NCBI RefSeq assembly: GCF_018977255.1
Contig: NW_024705416.1
Span: forward strand, 1 to 46,453
Source of the DNA: Callorhinchus milii
Lineage: Eukaryota
DNA length: 46,453 nucleotides
Direction of reading: 5' to 3'
Part shown: positions 10,101-22,760 of the stretch, in pieces
Layout: every line of letters starts with the position of its first letter
Position numbering within the stretch: position 1 is the first letter of the stretch
Position numbers and translations under genes: made by a program
The notes under the pieces: model-generated
The model's database searches: none
Told to the model about the DNA's origin: nothing
The model's input: the letters and a program-made list of their open reading frames with translations, nothing else

Positions 10101-11274
10101 CGAATTGACGGTCTCAGCCTGGTCACCAGTGACTGCACGAAAAAAACAAATGCATACAATTAACTTCTGCACTTAACCAGACGATGTTCCCACTGTGAGA
10201 AAATACAACATCAGCGTCAGTGCCATGCGACAAACATTACTCTTGTACGGCGGAGCCGGTGGGAATGAGCTGCCCCCTACTCAGTAAACTAATCAGCTAG
10301 TTTAGTGATGTCTGCTTCCGTGCACTATCCTTCTGACACGAAGGGTCGCAGTGCTCTGTGAGAGTTCTGGATGGGTACTCCGTCTCGTGACATGACGCCA
10401 ATGGCACGATTGGGATAAGGCAGGGGACCGATGACAACCGATCTAAACTAAGAAATGGAACTATTCTGAGCCAGAGCTAATGCAAGCGAGCGCTAATGCA
10501 AGCCTATACGTGATGCATAGTTATTCTGAGAGCTCATACGAGTACTCGCGTAATAAAGTTCCCAACACCTGCTGTGTGTACTGCTCTTTGGGCATTATTT
10601 ATTACTCTTGATACAGGATTATTTTAACGGTACTGTACTTAGACACCTACAAGAACACACACTGATTAACACAAAAAATCAATGACAAACTCGAGGGAAC
10701 TTTGCAGACAGTCTGGTTAACTCCAACTGTGATACAGTTTTTCTCGCAGGCAAAAGGCAGCTTGCAATAAAAAAACGATTCAATACCCATTGATTCAAAT
10801 TGTAATAGTAGTGGCAGAAATAAATAAAACAGGACAACAGTTATGCAGAGTGTTTTACAGCTTGTAATGAAATGCATCATTTATCCGATAAGCATAATCA
10901 ACCTGCTCTGAGTCCTACTGGAAGACAGCACTCCCAGCTTATAGACGTTGATGTATTTCTTCCTTGGCAATCCGTTTTTATTCGGCTGTCAATTAAGTCT
11001 GCTGCATGTTAATGTTTGCCGTTTTAGCAGGTACAATAAATCCTCTCTTCCGCGTTATTGCTGCTCAATTGTACCGTATTGTGGCGCAAAGCTCGGCGCG
11101 GAGTTACGATGCCGTTTCATCAAACATCACCGATACAAATTAAAGCTTTGGCGAGTAAATATTAGCGCCTCGCGCCGTCTTGCAAGGGTAGCATTGTTGA
11201 GTGGGGAATCTTTCCGAGGCGTTAAGCTGTCTTGTTTTTTTATCGTATCATCATCGTGATGGATGATCACTGGA

Positions 11275-11350
11275 TGATAACTGGACAGCTGTGGAAAAAA
11301 AAGAGCTTCATAGCTCATCGGATTCCTCCAGTCTAAATTTATGATGCTGA
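11275..11350 (+). mobile_element. Short 3' end of the LINE-type repeat
   Basis: ctgtggaaaaaaagagcttcatagctcatcggattcctccagt matches the reverse complement of about 7380-7425. Confidence 0.6.
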
Positions 11351-11760
11351 TGATCGTCATCGTATTTATCATTTTATCCACCGCTTGGATGAGCGTCTAC
11401 CCATTCCATCGAGATCTTTCACAATCTTGCGTTGATAGAATAAATCTCGCTCCTGCACCCGAGCCGTTGGCTTTGTTTCCTCCCATGTGCTGCAACTCTG
11501 TCGTTAGTCTCGACCACCGGCCAACATTGAAGACAACGATCCCCCTGTATCACTTTAACAGACTGCTGGGGCAAGTGCTGTTATGAGCACCTATGAAGAC
11601 CGGCACGCCACACGAGGGGGTGGGTGGCCAGCACCATGCCCAGCCGCCTTTGTCTCACTAGTTGCGATGTTTTTACGCACCGGGTACTCATTTGGAGGCT
11701 GAGTCGACCTAGGGAAAGCCAAGGAGCGATTCAGATAATTGTCACTGGTGCTACCGGCCA
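11350..11760 (-). mobile_element. SINE body and tail, same family as 21221
   Basis: Minus strand attatctgaatcg...cctaggtcgactcagc...aaatgag...gagacaaaggcggctgggcatggtgctggccacccaccc aligns with 21299-21432. Confidence 0.7.
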
Positions 11761-11920
11761 TCATCCCATACATACATGCCCAAGCCCCCCTAGCTTTATA
11801 TACTTGGATAAACTACATACAATATTTGATAAGTGACACTTATGTATACAAATAATGAATGATACGAGGAAGATAACGCAAAATGTATTGCGCGTGAATA
11901 TTTCACGAATGGGGACACAC

Positions 11921-12232
11921 GCACGGGAATAAGTAGTACTAATCACATACCTGCATTTCCCATAAATATGCTAAATTCCTCTTGATATGCATATTATTTT
12001 GTCAAGGCGCCCTTTCCCCCCCTTCCAACCCAGCTTATATATATATGCTCCAAGCACGTGTGCTGTTTCATTCAGACGCTGTCGCCTCAACAGACCTGGT
12101 TTTCACCTGAGGACGGCTGCTTGCGTTGTGGCCGAAACGTCGTGAGAATTGTTTTATTATGTTTTATTATTTTTATTATTTATTACTTCCCTTCTACGTG
12201 ACTTTACCGAAAGAACCAAGAAGAAGAAGAAG
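11921..12232 (+). mobile_element. Penelope-like pseudo-LTR element (subfamily B) with intact hammerhead
   Basis: Exact 12-bp direct repeat atggggacacac at 11909-11920 and 12233-12244; 3' part near-identical to the arms at 9808 and 43872. Confidence 0.85.
12100..12148 (+). ncRNA. Minimal type I hammerhead ribozyme
   Basis: Helix I UUUUCAC/GUGAGAA; CUGAGGA 12107-12113; extra C; helix II GGCUGC/GUGGCC with 7-nt loop; GAAA 12134-12137; palindromic ACGU helix III; predicted cleavage after GUC at 12141. Confidence 0.85.
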
Positions 12233-12639
12233 ATGGGGACACACTGTTCGATCGAGAACTCGGAGGTGCAGATCCACCGCTCGTCGTCGGCCCAATGAAC
12301 CTGGATGGTGCTCGGTGTGTAATGTTGCACGTGCGAGGGAGCTACACACGTGTCGAATATCTTGTAATATTGTCCAAAAAGGATGTAATTTAACCCAATA
12401 TGAATAAGTTGAAGCCTTAACGTCTTTCTAATGGACCCATTAGTTATCCGTTCTTGAAGTCATTCTTTCTTGTTTTTTTCACTTAGGGCAATGAAAGTTT
12501 GAATTGGATTTTTAGGACTTAAACAGTTGTGGAATGAATCTGCGCGGGTAGATTAATGTATCGGGAGAAACCTAAAGTGCCATGAACGCCTTTATATTTT
12601 TTTTGTTATGGTACGTCGTGAATATATTGCTGCTCAAAT

Positions 12640-12960
12640 GCTGATGTGGTGCAATGGGTAGGAGACCGGACTTGCAATCCAGAATTCATTCGCGGCTCGG
12701 CAGCATAAACAATGGTAAAGGGTTTCTTAAACCCTGGCCCAACCTCCCTGTCCCCTCTGTCCACCCGGCAGTATGAATGAGTACTCCGCAAAGCCAGTCG
12801 ATTGGCAGGTCGCGTGCGGTGGTTAAAGTGTGGGTTACTCTCACCTCTTCAAAGACGTCTGGCAACGTGGAAAAGTAGGCCAAGTTGCCCTTTAGAGGGG
12901 ATCTCGAGTGCTAGCCCCGAGTGGAGGCCCTTCCGGCCAGCAACGGAGTGAGCAATTTTG
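12640..12960 (+). mobile_element. tRNA-derived SINE
   Basis: A-box-like tggtgcaatgg; 3' half (gattggcaggtcgcgtgcggt...agtaggccaa...gtggaggcc) repeated at 22588-22760. Confidence 0.55.
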
Positions 12961-13276
12961 AATAATAATTCGCACTCAGCATTGTTAACAGCATTTAAAA
13001 TAACTTATGTATAATAAGCCTGAAATGAACAGAGAAAATACATTCTCATTAATGTACCGGCAGCACTGCTTAATATTGATTGGAGAGATGTGTCTGTGTC
13101 GTCAAGGCAGTAGTTTTCAGAATACTTTATATGTGTAACTTATTTTTAAAAAAATACCTCTAAAATTATACTCATCAATGATAGTGTTCATTAATTAGTG
13201 ACGTCATCCATCCTCAGAACCAGTGCTGTAATTTTCAGCAATCCCTTGCATGTATAAATACCATAATTCCACCGAT

Positions 13277-13450
13277 TTCAGAATCATAATCTTATTTTAT
13301 ACCAGAGAACTCCCATGAGCTGTGATGCTCTTTTTCACAGATGTCCAGTAGGGGCTGGTCAGCAAGTTACATCAACATCAACAACAACAAAATACAATAA
13401 AGGATACCGGAGGTAGATAGAGAAAAGTTCAGCAAGTCACTAAAAATAAA
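13277..13450 (-). mobile_element. 3' end of the LINE-type repeat
   Basis: tcagaatcataa...atgagctgtgatgctctttttcacagatgtcca matches 7362-7430. Confidence 0.6.
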
Positions 13451-13501
13451 TATAATTAAATCGTGTAAGTACAAATTGAACAAGTACATCAATTCCTGAA
13501 G

Positions 13502-13714
13502 ATTTGTCAAGACCAAGTGCATGCTTAGTGCTACAAATGTGGTCAATCGCACGTGGAAATGCGTGCTTCTTGTATTGCATTGTCAGTGCCATTGCATCCA
13601 GTTTTACTGGGGCAAGAGGGTTTCTTTGTCCTTTCACTTAGCGGCACGTACTGGTGCATTGCACACAACAGTGTGCACCAGGGTCATGTCCATGTGTGTC
13701 TGTCATCAGTGAGT
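13502..13714 (+). pseudogene. Possible decayed immunoglobulin (I-set/C2) domain exon
   Basis: Three ordered motifs in three frames: LSRPS...ARGNACFLYCIVSA, IQFYW, SGTYWCIAHNSV...VCL; ends at donor gtgagt 13709-13714. Needs two frameshifts. Confidence 0.35.
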
Positions 13715-15295
13715 GACCGCAGATATTGCCTTCCTTCTCAATCACTGAGATTGTGTTCACCAACTTCCTAACTACTCCTGAATGGTTCGACAAACCACGT
13801 TAAATCAAACTCTGCCTGTAATTAATAAAGTTCTGACTCAGCTGCTGCTCTGGCTAATGGAATGAAATGTGGTGGTGGTGGTGGTGGTAGTGGTGGAGCT
13901 GATGGTTGTGGTGGTTGTAAATTTCTTGCCAGGTTGTAGGAGGAATATCCCATTGTTCATGCCTCATGACCCAAACGATGACCGTTCATGCATAGGAACC
14001 ATTTACACGTTTCCGGGGCTCACGGCTTGAATCAATGATGTGGGATCTTTCTTTCTTCGCCGTGCGAACATAGCCCGGGGAATTGCTAATGCATCACAAG
14101 CCAAGCGTGCTGGCACATGCATATAACGTCATGACCTGGAGGCAGGCTGGTGGATAATGTGTAGATGGAGCGATTAAGTGTGAGAAATGCCCACCTGCAA
14201 GACAGTGAGATGGCAGTGAGATGGCAGTACAGCAACTAGTTTCTGAGATACTTGTGGAAGGATTGGCTCTTCACCCTTGAAACACATGTATTTTCCGCGG
14301 GAACTCCAGTTGCTTCAAACATTAATATAAACCAATCAAGTAAAAATCAGGAATAGAGCAAACATTTCATGCGGGACACATGCAAGCGATCCCTTGAGAC
14401 TGAGTAGAGCTTTTCATATAAATGACCAATTGTCCCTTACAGCCCCGCAATCCCACAAACCATCTCACTTCTGCGCGGCAGCTGATCTCATCTCTCCATG
14501 ACCGTTGTGGTCATTCTCCCGGGCAGATTCCCGACTTTGGCTGCCATTCCTTCGCCAGTTTCTCCCATCGGCTGTTATCTCTCCTCGCAATGTGTCCTGT
14601 TACATTTCTTACTTGTTAATACGACGTTTCTGATTCGTAGCAGGCCATAACTATTGACTGAAAAATGCATATCTTTTATTTTGATTATCAATTATAGGTG
14701 CCTGTGATCGCAGGCTTTGTGATGTGCAGGCGTTATCACCTCTGCACATCCACGCTGCGTCGGGTTTTCCCTCCTCGGGATGATGGAGGGTAGGTTTGTG
14801 AGATGTCAGTCGTAGTTATGTGCATTGCGGTCAAAGTAGCCGCATGGTCATAAGGTCCTTGATTGCGACCGCCATTGTAGGGCAGGGAAATTGAGGTGAG
14901 GACGGGGGGAGAGAAGGGGTTTCGGGAGGAGCAGGGTTCACACGGGGTTCAAGTAGATGGGTTGCTGCAGAAGCCAGGAGCCCGTAAAAATGACAGCAAT
15001 AAGATTTCTGTCCGTGTGAGGCGGAAGGATCTGACAGAAGGAATATGCACGATACAGCCACACAACCCCCACCTCCAAAAATAGAGGGGGTGAGAGGAGG
15101 GAGAGGAAAAACACCCAGGTCTTATTTTATTATCTGTTACTTCTTTATTAATGGAGATGTGTCTGCGATTGGTAAATGGTTATTACATCTACGCCTGCGA
15201 GATTCCAAAAGTGTGACTGGAACACCACGTTTAGAAGCATGCGTTTAGATTGTTGGCCTGAATCGGTCATAATTGCCATTAAAATGTATTGCATA

Positions 15296-15650
15296 GGCAC
15301 CGGCTGATTCCTGGAGGCTGACCAGTCTCATAGGTAGATTATTTACATTATTTTGCTGCTATAAATGTCACACGATAAGCCACTTTATTGAGCTATTATT
15401 TGTGGCAGATTGCTTCTGAAAATGACCAATAGCTCAGTAGGCTTTACCTGGAAACATAAACATAGTTTAGTTTTATGTTATTTGTTTATGTTTAGTGATC
15501 GCCTTTCCTATACTTTTCATTCCTGTAGTTGCATTTTTGTATTTTTTGTTATTGCAACTTATTGACCTGCGCCTAATGGGCACCTGTGAAAAGGATCTTC
15601 ATAAGCTCATCGGATATCTCCAGGATAAATAAAGACTTCGATTTTGAAAT
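15296..15650 (+). mobile_element. LINE-type 3' end repeat, longest copy
   Basis: ggcaccggctgattcc...ataggtagattattta...cacctgtgaaaaggatcttcataagctcatcggat is the reverse complement homolog of 7362-7650. Confidence 0.65.
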
Positions 15651-18600
15651 TCACCTTAAGTGTTAAACTACACGTGCGATCATTGTGTTTAGTTGCCTCT
15701 GTTTGCATCCCAGTAACATTTGAGTTGGTTTGTCGCGGCTCTATTATCTATTGTGATGGATGGAACACAATGCACCTCATATGAAAACACTAGACTTGTG
15801 GTTATTTTCATTGAACATTTTTTCTTTATCAGAACAACATTCTCTTCCTTTTATGAATACTTGCTGGTGCGTACATTCACGTGCAAACGAGTGTGGACTC
15901 TTCTCAGCCGATGACAGACACCTTTGTTGTATCAACAAAACAACCACTGTTTTCTTCCCGCAAAGTTGTACTAATTTGATCATCTCTAGAAGGATTATTG
16001 TTGGAGTTTCCCCTGCAACCAGGATTCTAACTCATGATCTTCAAATTGTACGTTAAGTGCTCTTATTACAGCATCAACAGAACTGCACTTGCATGATGAA
16101 TACGCTTGCACAAGGTACATATTCCGAAGGCAGATGCTATTTACAGGCATGGGTACTGCAGGTACTCATTAGCATACATACAATGCATCATGGGGAGAAT
16201 GTGAACCGTTAATAGTGGGAATGCACACGTTTGTTTTACATTGTCCTCGTACGTTCGTACTTTCTTTGCTCAATATCCAAGACAAATTCGGCAAGACGGC
16301 CAATATATTATATAAATTATAGCCAAGAAGATAATGTGGAAATATAGACATGTATAACCATATAACCACATCTTTATGGGAATCTGCTCAGCATGTATAA
16401 TTTATTGTCATATGATGCATGAGGTTGTATAATGTGTCTTGCAATAGTAATACAAAATAAATATTGCAATATGCCGCCTTAATATTAATTCCGATTTTGT
16501 TGTTGTTGTTGCTGGTACCGTGTTGTGTATCTGAGAGCACTTTCTTCATTATCAGAAGGGTGCATTTATTAAACACAATCTCATTCTTGTAATGGGTGCT
16601 GAGCATTAATTGGCCATTCATTAATTATGTATCTGACATGAGTAATACTTGATGCATGCCCATCTGCCACCTAACCAAATTAAATAATGTTGGACATTTT
16701 TCACTCTCCTCTGTAACAAGGTTGTAGCTAAAATAAGAACTACCCTGGTTTAATTTGGTTGTTTAGCTGTGTGGTGAATGCTTGAAATTCAAAGTTAACG
16801 CTAAAAAAGTTCAAATTTAACATTTACTTTACGTTACATATTTCATAAATTGAGAATATACAACATGTCGATTATTTTATTTGAAATATAAAATATGATG
16901 ACTATATTCTTTTCACAGAGACGTGCATTTTGAAACCGTTAAAATCACTCCCTGTCATGAATTGCCCTGTGAAGATACTTCGCAGGCCCTCAGCATAGAA
17001 TCGTGTGATTTCCACCACTCGCAATGGATATGAACTCTTCAAACTTAACACTTCAAAATGCCCCCTTTTACGATGGAGGAAATTTGACTTAAATAGCTGT
17101 AGTTTGCATTATGTTATCTGTGCTGTGATCAAAATAATATTGCTTGGAGATCTTTAGGGAGGAATCAGAGGACACTCCACTTTGACAACATTTAAAATTC
17201 AGCCAAAGATTATCCCCGGTACTGTATTGGCAGCCCTGGGTCAGTGATGGAAATTCCACATTCACATGGCAGTATCCAGTCTCCTCAAATAACAGTCACT
17301 GTGGTGTTAGTTGCGTCAATGCCAGAGGAATAATGGACTAAGACGACTCTTGACTGTGATTTTTGACTAATTGTGTTGAACACACTATGAACAGCACTGC
17401 TCAGACAGATTATCTTCAGAAAAAAAACTATATGCATTCATTTGGCTGTGCATAAATGTGGTATTTGCTTTGAAAAACCTCCAAAATGAACACAGTTTTG
17501 ACAACGTGCAATGCTCGAAATGTATTCAAGCACATGGCACTAACGTTCATCGGTGACAAAATATTCACACCATAACTAGACCTCATTTTGACTCCAAATA
17601 TTGGATTGTAAGCTGCCTCCCTTAGATCCCAAAAGCTGTGAATTATTGAGACGGTGCATCGCAGTGATATGTTTTTTTATTACTTAAGCCTGACAAAAGG
17701 TGCCCGTTATTGAGTGGTTTTCAAAGGCAGGTGGGCTGTATGTATCGCATGTTAAAAATAGGCAAGCCAGGGCATTTCCCAGGGGATTTTTTTTAAATAA
17801 ATGTGGGTAGTGGGACACGCAACTGCTATACTTTACCCGCTAAAGACATCATCGCGGATACTTGTTGCCAAACAGATATAATGTTCCTGATATATGTGTG
17901 GGTTATTCATAAGCCTGATTTGCTGATGAAAAAGTGTGGTACAAAGATGGTTTGAGTGAGTGGGCAAGGCAGGTTCAGTGTGGTGACCAGGCTGTCTGTG
18001 AAATGCTCTGACACTTGAGATGTGGCTCACTGAGTTTGATGAGCAGAAAATGGTTGTAATAATTGGTGCATTGTTTAGCAATTGGCTGGCCTTTAATTTT
18101 TTTGCCTCTTTCAATTCGTATTCCAGTTGTGCCGTCAGTGTCACAAAAATCTATCTGGACATTTTGCAGAGCAATGCAGACCTGGTGTGTTAGAGAGTGA
18201 CGCACACAACATAGATATCATCACATGGCAGTAAAACACGTTTTAAAAAATAGATATTGTTTTCTCAGTGAGTATAAGGTGAATGATGTGAAGGAAAATA
18301 ATGTTACGGGTTCTCTTTTTTTTTTGGTGCTGTTATTGGTAACCACGCTCAGAAAATCAACTCGGTCCACTTGATAACACAGTTTCAACACAAGTGGCTG
18401 CTGGGACTTGATCTCAAGAGGGCAAACACACCGGTCTAACACCTGAGCCACCTGGTCATTTGCACAACGCTCCTTCTTGACAAAGAATAAAACAACGAGC
18501 AAGCAGCATTGGCTCGCCAACCTCGACTCGGTGTTTCAGTATAAAGACCCACTGCGATTGCAAGGAAAACATATAAACATCTCTGAACTCTGAAAACTGT

Positions 18601-20334
18601 ATTTGCAAATTGCAGCTGAGACATTTTTGTTGAAATTCTCATTACGGAAAAAGAGGGTACCTAAATGTCTAACGATGGAGATATTGTACCGAGATTAGCT
18701 CTCGAGATTATATAAATGCACTGGGTAGAGATTAACTCTATAACCACCACTGATTGTTAACATTACCCATCTGCCGCATGTATCGCGGGTAAAATTAAAC
18801 ATGCGGGTATAATTATATAACGGCGGGTGTCATAGTGTGAGTTTGCAGGTTCGCTTTTGGTTTGCGATTGAATGTGGAGCCAATTGTCAGATGTGTCCAA
18901 TGTGGTTAATTGGGTGATTGATAGCTTTCTGCGGAATGATTATTACATCGATTTACCACACCTGACTTATAACTCTTTGGCTGCCTTATTCAATTCAACA
19001 TTGATGCATGTTGTGAGTTTCAATGTAGGTCTCTGTGTATATATTATTCTTACTACAGTAATTGTGTTGTCTATATATATATGTGTGTGTGTGCTTATGG
19101 GAAGCATGATTGGTTACTGATACAATTATTGAGCGAACAAGGTGTACAGCAATTGTATATGAACCTCGTAAGATCCTCCGCTAATTCCAACATGACCCAA
19201 CATCAACATTTCGAGCCAGGGTTTACATTTCTCACTGGTACATTGGCGTAGGCGGCACACGCCAGGCAGCCACAGGCCGTAGCAAGGGACGCACGTGGAC
19301 GTGGTGTGCCGGGTTGCGGAAATGTTTGCAGCGCCGCTGACCCGGACAGACCCCCGGCTGAAATTGATCACAGCCTGGAGCAGCATTTGAAAACCAAAAG
19401 CTTGACGGAGAGAATCACCGGCAGGCGGGTGTGTTGGTCGCATCATCTCTCGCCGTGCTTTATACTTGCTGTGGCATTGTCTAAGGCTCAATTGGATATT
19501 TCCCTTCAAACAAATAAATGCTTCATAATAATTTGCACTTCATTTTCCACTGGGTATTTTCAGACGTGTTGGTAGATTGGATGGAGTAGCCCCTTGACTA
19601 GTAGCCGCAGCTGGAGTGAAATGTATATTGGATGTGGTATGGCAGTTGCGGAGGTGTATTCCAGGTTACCGGAAATGAGGCCATGATTATGACGCGTTCA
19701 CTATGCTCGTGAAACTGACACAAAAATGTGTTTAGGAAAATAATATGAATGTGTGAACACGTGTATCTTGCTCAGAGTTAGAGTAGTGAAGGTATTACAC
19801 TCTAAAATAGAGGTATTTCCCAAAGAGCACGTTTTAAAAAGTACAAAATCAATAGCTGCAGAGTAGTACGGATAAGAAAATAGTATGAGTCTGTGCTCTC
19901 GTTCTATTCTTTACTATTGTGGCAATATGTTCAGGAGCTAAATCCCAAATATCGAGATCTGATGGCCACGATGAGAGAGCTTACGGAGAGAGTTCGTGTG
20001 GTTTTACCGCTCCTCCTCTGTTGAAGGGGCGCAGACTGTGCGGTCCATAGTTTTGTTTGCATGGTCACAGTCGCACTCCTGTGCCTTTTGCCTTCAACGC
20101 TCCATTTATGAAGGAGATGTGCGCATTGGGCCTGTTGATGCCCTCATGTGCTTGTGTGGAATGCACAAAGTACATTCGTCTTTTTACATTGCTGAAATGT
20201 CCCGGCAGTTTAAGTCACTGTCAGAATTTTATTAGTTTTTTTTGGGGGGGGGGGCGGGGGGGGGGTGTAAGATAGGGTGGAGGACCAGTTGAGATAGCAC
20301 TCGCCATGGCTGGGAATCAAACTCGGGTCACCAC

Positions 20335-20740
20335 TCTTAATTTTGGAGCTTCGTGACTGCAGGAATTATTCTTTGTTTTTTTTCGGTAAAGTCATGTATA
20401 AAGATAAAATAATAAATTAAGCCTGCTTACTTTACTACGCCTCCCTTCGTACTCATTGACATATATATTTTTTCCCTGCCTCCGCCCCCCTCTGTCTATT
20501 TAAGGCCACCCCACAGAGACGATCACCCCTCTCTGTACCTGGGTTGCTCTCTCTATTTATCTTGGCGATATCTGTCTGCTTATATGTCTGTCTATAGTTT
20601 TCTGGTTAGATTCTATGTCGCTATTTCATTATACCTGATGATGATTGCTTGTGTTGCAATCGAAACGTCGTATGCTATTATTTAATTTAATTTATTATTT
20701 TATCTTTATACGTGACTTTACCGAAAAAAACCAAGAATAA
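20335..20740. mobile_element. Penelope-like element (variant of subfamily B), asymmetric palindrome with intact hammerhead
   Basis: Exact 12-bp TSD tcgggtcaccac at 20323-20334 and 20741-20752; inverted tailed arm 20335-20420; tailless plus arm ends at 20740. Confidence 0.88.
20630..20674 (+). ncRNA. Minimal type I hammerhead ribozyme
   Basis: Helix I UAUAC/GUAUG; CUGAUGA 20635-20641; extra U; perfect helix II GAUUGC/GCAAUC with 7-nt loop; GAAA 20662-20665; ACGU helix III; predicted cleavage after GUC at 20669. Confidence 0.88.
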
Positions 20741-21220
20741 TCGGGTCACCACGTTCATCGCGCAGCACTCCACAACCTCCCCCCACCACCACCTTGCACT
20801 CCGCTCCTATCCAACCCTGTGGAGTTATGCATGTGAGCAAGCGACATTATAAATCAAGTTTCCCTTGTTATCATCGCAAGGCAACGCGTGAGTCATGCCC
20901 AACGAGTCCCGGTGCATTTCAATGCGGCAAATCGACCTGTGCGGCCGGCGGCTCTTTGATCAGTCTACGGGACTGCTGCCACCTACTGACAATCATTGCA
21001 ACTTTCCATATGCACCAATCCCGCACGACCACCCCCACCACCACCCCACGCTGAGCAATCACATAAGGGAAGTGGCACAAACGTGGCGGGGCCCCCCGCC
21101 ACCTGACGCCTGGCTGATAACGCCCCGAATGAACGCGAGGCTTACGAGGCAATCTCGCGCCCCTGTGTGTGTGTGTGTCCGTGGGGTAGATAGAGAGTGA
21201 TCGTACAAAGAGAGAGTGAG

Positions 21221-21450
21221 AGCGGTGGTGTCAGCGGTGAGCGCGGACATCGGCGAGCAGAGGTGTTCGATTTCCGCTCACGGCCAACACCGGTGACGAT
21301 TATCTGAATCGGCCCCTGAGAGCCTCCCCTAGGTCGACTCAGCATCAAATGAGACACCTGGTGGGATGTGTAAAAAAACACATTGCCGCTAGGGAGACAA
21401 AGGCGGCCGGGCGTGGTGCTGGCCACCCACCCACTCCGTGCTTGCCCCAA
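21221..21450 (+). mobile_element. tRNA-derived SINE
   Basis: A box tggtgtcagcgg (21226-21237), B box gttcgatttcc (21265-21275), body homologous to 11600-11760. Confidence 0.7.
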
Positions 21451-22587
21451 AATGTGTTAAGGCTTTGTCTTTTTTTGAGGCACAGAGAGAGACGAGAGGA
21501 GAGTGAACGAACGAACGGCAGCATTCTCCATTAGCGACGAGGTGTGGCTCTCTGTGTCTCCAGCATCACATCTCCCGGGTTTATTCCTAAATGCATCAGC
21601 GCGTGGCTGAACCGTGCCGCGCACAGGAATGCTAATGTAGTTGTTGCGCTCCAAGCAGTCGTTGTGCGGGTTTTTTTTTACGTTACCTGACTGGAAATTT
21701 GCCCGAAGAGATGTAAACAGCGCATGGTGTATAGCAAGGAGCGGGGGTGGATATGCATTGTCAGCTATGGTGGGGGTATAAGTGTGCGTCGTGTGGGGTT
21801 GAGGTAAGTGAAGAAGGTTGCAGCAGTGCTTAATGGTATTTGCAAGCTTCCCTTTGCTGCCCGGGCCACTCCTGGCCATCTGGCGACGAAGTCTGCAGTA
21901 AAGCAGTGGGTCTGCCGTGGCACGGTGGTAGAATAACGAGGAGAGGAGGAGGAGGAGGCCAAAATCCGAGCAAACCCTCACTCGTAACACCCCGTGACTC
22001 GTTTCCTTGGATCGTTTCGTACGTGAACGTTGCCCAAGTGGAGAGCATCTGAATTCAAACGCGAGGCCTCTGTTGTTGTTTTTGTTGTTGTCTTGGCATA
22101 GCTCAACACGAGGCCAGGACAGAGCACAAATTGGATCGAACACAAGGGTTGGAGGGGTAGGGTGGGTGTCTATAATACACGGATCACGTGCTAGAACTTC
22201 GTGTTCTCGTATTTAGAGAAGGGGGGGGGGGGGGAGTGGGCTTCATTGCCCCACATGGATTTTTTTTGTATATATATGGAGAGGAGAAGACGTGGAGATG
22301 TGAAGGATGGAATGGATGCGGGTATGGAGGAGAACGTTTAACACAAACTGCAAAACAAATTAACTTACATGCCCCGAGTGAACTTATCGCCGGCGAGAGT
22401 CAAACGGAAGTCCTCTAATTCTGCCTACGGGCATACTTTTCGATCCGTGCCATTCACAGGCATTGCTCGCTGCGATGGCAACTTCGGGTCACCGGTTAGA
22501 TCTCTTGCCACGACAGTTGCAACACATGTGCACGTTTCTTAATCTCCACATTTGTCCATCCAGCGGTATAAACAGATACAGCCACGG

Positions 22588-22760
22588 TTGATCGGCAGGT
22601 CGTGTGCGGTTGGGCAAAGTGTGGGTACTCTTTCAGCACGGTTGGCTACGTACGGTGCGAAAGAAGTTCAACATGCATACAAGATCTCTGGGAAGAGTAG
22701 GCCAAATACCCACTAGAGTGCCATCTTGTGGAGGCCACTCCACTAGCAAATGCAGGGTGA
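22588..22760 (+). mobile_element. SINE fragment interrupted by an L2-type 3' tail
   Basis: Flanks match 12800-12940; 22635-22680 matches 43695-43735. Confidence 0.55.

Larger units (their letters stand above)
20262..20790 (-). mobile_element. tRNA-derived SINE split by a Penelope-like insertion
   Basis: Removing the insert and one TSD copy gives minus strand tgctgcgcgatgaacgtggtgacccgagtttgattccc...gagtgctatctc...ccctatcttacacc, colinear with 2890-2984. Confidence 0.65.

Noticed and set aside
10181..10290. Ig-like start DVPTV...QTLLLYGGAGGNELP after an AG
   Set aside because: Lacks the Cys, Trp and YxC motifs and directly follows a SINE head.
17830..18650. Possible hAT transposase dimerisation remnant (CSSNSV...) on the minus strand
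   Set aside because: Similarity too weak, needs several indels, and no clear TIRs or TSD.
21457..22143. Longest ORF in the window (228 aa, minus strand)
   Set aside because: Non-ATG start, runs through simple repeats, no domain, lacks the GC3 bias of the real exon.
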